Positions 62,216 through 64,000 of a stretch of DNA of 64,000 nt are shown here, piece by piece; the stretch's first letter is position 1, and each line of letters opens with the position of its first letter. Below the pieces are notes generated by a model. The model saw only the letters and a list, made by a program, of their open reading frames with translations, ran no database searches and was not told where the DNA came from. The stretch lies in IMG/VR virus record IMGVR_UViG_3300045988_160012. One strand, given 5' to 3'. Source of the DNA: a virus. A program made the position numbers and the translations under genes.

Positions 62216-62662
62216 TTAAGCTTTTGGCTTACTCATATAACGTAAAGGATTTATAAAATAATCCAATCCAGCCAATCCAGAATTACAATCTGCCAAACGT
62301 ACCCCATGTGGTTTTTCAGAATAAAAGAAATCTCCACATTTGATTACACGTTCTTTAAAATCATTCACTCTGATTTCATTGATACGTTTATACACTTCTG
62401 TAACGTCTTTCCAATTATCATCGTCATATCTTCCTGTGATAGATTTAAAATATACACCGCCTGATTTCGATGTAATTTTCAAAATAGGAACATCCTGAAC
62501 AACTTCTATTACTTCAATAGTTGTTTCATCCATATCACAAAAATTATAATTTGGAATTTTAACCACCTCGTCACTTAATGCTGCATAATTTTTAATGACC
62601 TTCTTTTCCTCAATCGGTTTAGTTCTAATTACTTTCTTTCCGATTAAACTTCTAAGATTCAT
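62216..62662 (-). CDS. hypothetical protein
   Basis: ORF. Confidence 0.3.
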   Translation of the reverse strand: MNLRSLIGKKVIRTKPIEEKKVIKNYAALSDEVVKIPNYNFCDMDETTIEVIEVVQDVPILKITSKSGGVYFKSITGRYDDDNWKDVTEVYKRINEIRVNDFKERVIKCGDFFYSEKPHGVRLADCNSGLAGLDYFINPLRYMSKPKA

Positions 62663-62703
62663 ATATAATATCCTCCTTATTATAAGTGTATAACTTTAAT
62701 AGT

Positions 62704-63303
62704 TTAAATATTTGATAAGCTCTCATATTCTTTAAGCATATCTGCCATTTCTGGATTTGTTTCTGCCAACATCTTATAAAGTACAATCTCCTGATTGTCT
62801 TTAATCATAGAGTCCATTCGCTTCTTCAGAGCATCTTTCTTCTTACGATTTTCCTTGCGTTTCTCAAAATCTGCAAAGTCAACCTTACACACAACTTCTT
62901 TTGTAACTGTAACACCATCATAGTCAACCTGAGATTTTACTTCAGATACTTTTCCTACTGAAAAACCTCTTGTTGTATCAACCAAGACACAATCATCCTT
63001 TTTGATAGTATCATCGAATAATGCAAATGCATAATCCTTTGTGGTATTAACTCCTTCAAGGAATTTAACCATTGCTACTTTGTAATTACCCTTAACTGCT
63101 GCCATATTATCTTCATACCTTTCTAAATATATTTCTTTAATCGCTAATTCTTTTCTTCCCAGTCCATTCCAATTATCAAAACAGATTTTACAACTGGTCG
63201 GAGAATAGTAATTTAAAATTGTTCCTATTTGTTCATATGATTGAATATGCTCGGCAGTAACAATTATTCTGTCACCAGATTTAAACTTTTTCATCTGTAT
63301 CAC
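62704..63303 (-). CDS. hypothetical protein
   Basis: ORF. Confidence 0.3.
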   Translation of the reverse strand: MIQMKKFKSGDRIIVTAEHIQSYEQIGTILNYYSPTSCKICFDNWNGLGRKELAIKEIYLERYEDNMAAVKGNYKVAMVKFLEGVNTTKDYAFALFDDTIKKDDCVLVDTTRGFSVGKVSEVKSQVDYDGVTVTKEVVCKVDFADFEKRKENRKKKDALKKRMDSMIKDNQEIVLYKMLAETNPEMADMLKEYESLSNI

Positions 63304-63486
63304 CTATCCAATCTTTCTCAAAGATTCTTCTCTATATTGATTAATCCTTCCACTATCCAATTTTACTTGCACATACTTTCTATTGTATTTTGGTGGATAA
63401 TCAATATATCGAATTACTTCTCCAGTGCCTTTTGTAGTTCCACAACTACTTTGTATTTCAACTCTATTACCTTTACAGAATCGCAT
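63304..63486 (-). CDS. hypothetical small protein (start probably at internal Met, TAATG overlap with upstream stop)
   Basis: The track ORF 63304..63540 overlaps the pentapeptide-protein frame. The ATG at 63486 overlaps the TAA of the upstream gene. Confidence 0.3.
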   Translation of the reverse strand: MRFCKGNRVEIQSSCGTTKGTGEVIRYIDYPPKYNRKYVQVKLDSGRINQYREESLRKIG

Positions 63487-64000
63487 TAATACTGTACAGC
63501 TTCCTGTCTGGTGATAAAGAAATGGATTCCAGCAGCACATTCATCCCATCTGTCTGTCTCAAAATCCTCTACTTCAACCGTTGTTCCTACACGATAAATA
63601 AAATTACTATCGTAATTACTCGGAATTGAAGTTAATCCATCATCCTCACCATCTAAAGTTGTAATAGAAAGAACTTCTGCTTTAGAACAACGACACTTAC
63701 GACTTGTGGCACTGGAACGTAAAGCATCTTCCGTTATTCTAAGTTTTACAATATGACCATTTGCTTTCTTATAACCAATGAATGAACCCTCTTCAGGGCA
63801 TACAAGAGCAAAGAACCCTGTACACTCATCATATCTAACATTCAGGAGGTCAGCACTTCTGAGGTCAGCACCACTGAGGTCAGCACCACTGAGGTCAGCA
63901 CTTCTGAGGTCAGCACTTCTGAGGTTAGCACCACTGAGGTTAGCACCACTGAGGTCAGCACTTCTGAGGTTAGCACCACTGAGGTCAGCACTTCTGAGGT
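63487..64000 (-). CDS. pentapeptide-repeat protein (partial; N-terminus beyond window)
   Basis: The frame is open to the window edge. 15-bp tandem repeats encode [20 protein letters not shown] ... (A[DN]LXX consensus). Ends ...[22 protein letters not shown] at 63487. Confidence 0.65.
63846..64000. repeat. 15-bp tandem repeats (gaggtcagcac[tc][ta]ct), >=10 units, coding
   Basis: Read directly. Confidence 0.9.

Noticed and set aside
63846-64000. Regular 15-bp tandem repeats that could be mistaken for a CRISPR array or satellite
   Set aside because: The units are contiguous with no spacers. They sit inside an open reading frame and encode a coherent A[DN]LXX pentapeptide repeat, so they are coding repeats and not a CRISPR array.

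Overview
This window is AT-rich (roughly 30% GC) with genes packed almost entirely on the minus strand. It reads as part of a large virulent phage, or a phage-like element, of an anaerobic low-GC host. The host inference rests on an anaerobic class III RNR (NrdDG), an NAD-dependent ligase, a SleB-type cell-wall hydrolase and an IS200/IS605 insertion. The left half (1-33 kb) is a nucleotide-metabolism and DNA-replication module: a Gmk-like kinase, DHFR, ThyA, dUTPase, NrdD/NrdG, LigA, PolIII-alpha, RecD-like and DnaB-like helicases, primase and a PD-(D/E)XK nuclease. It also carries RNA-repair and tRNA-maturation genes (a CCA-adding enzyme and a trifunctional Pnkp-like kinase-phosphatase-ligase) and three CCA-less tRNA genes (Leu-CAA, Lys-UUU, Gln-UUG). 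The right half carries an unusually rich NAD+/ADP-ribose cluster: an isochorismatase/nicotinamidase-like protein, a PRPP-synthetase-like protein, a NAMPT/NadV-like protein, a macrodomain protein and NadE. Elsewhere there are an NMNAT, an ADP-ribosylglycohydrolase and a SLOG/YpsA protein. The NAMPT-like gene is split about 80 codons from its 3' end by an IS200/IS605-family element. That element has divergent tnpA and tnpB, a perfect 26-bp palindrome between them, and matching subterminal hairpins at both ends. Its TnpB is atypical (a long N-terminal extension, apparently no CxxC zinc finger). The most striking observation is two apparent site-specific inversion switches. In each one, the RBS, the ATG and the first codons of a nucleic-acid-modification enzyme currently lie on the opposite strand between short perfect inverted repeats. 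The two genes are a C5-cytosine DNA methyltransferase at about 49.0 kb and a PAPS-reductase/DndC-like PP-loop ATPase at about 44.1 kb. Inverting either segment would rebuild a complete, correctly framed gene. Other findings are an 18-bp promoter-like motif (TGTATAACCTTAATAGTT on the plus strand) repeated at least 16 times just upstream of minus-strand genes, and a sigma-factor gene that could read it. There are also three copies of a host-type sigma70 promoter, Dam and Dcm methyltransferases, a QueE-like radical SAM protein, a cysteine desulfurase, an SPFH/flotillin protein, and a partial pentapeptide-repeat protein encoded by 15-bp tandem repeats at the window end. All functional calls come from motif-level reading of the translations. 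No database searches were possible.
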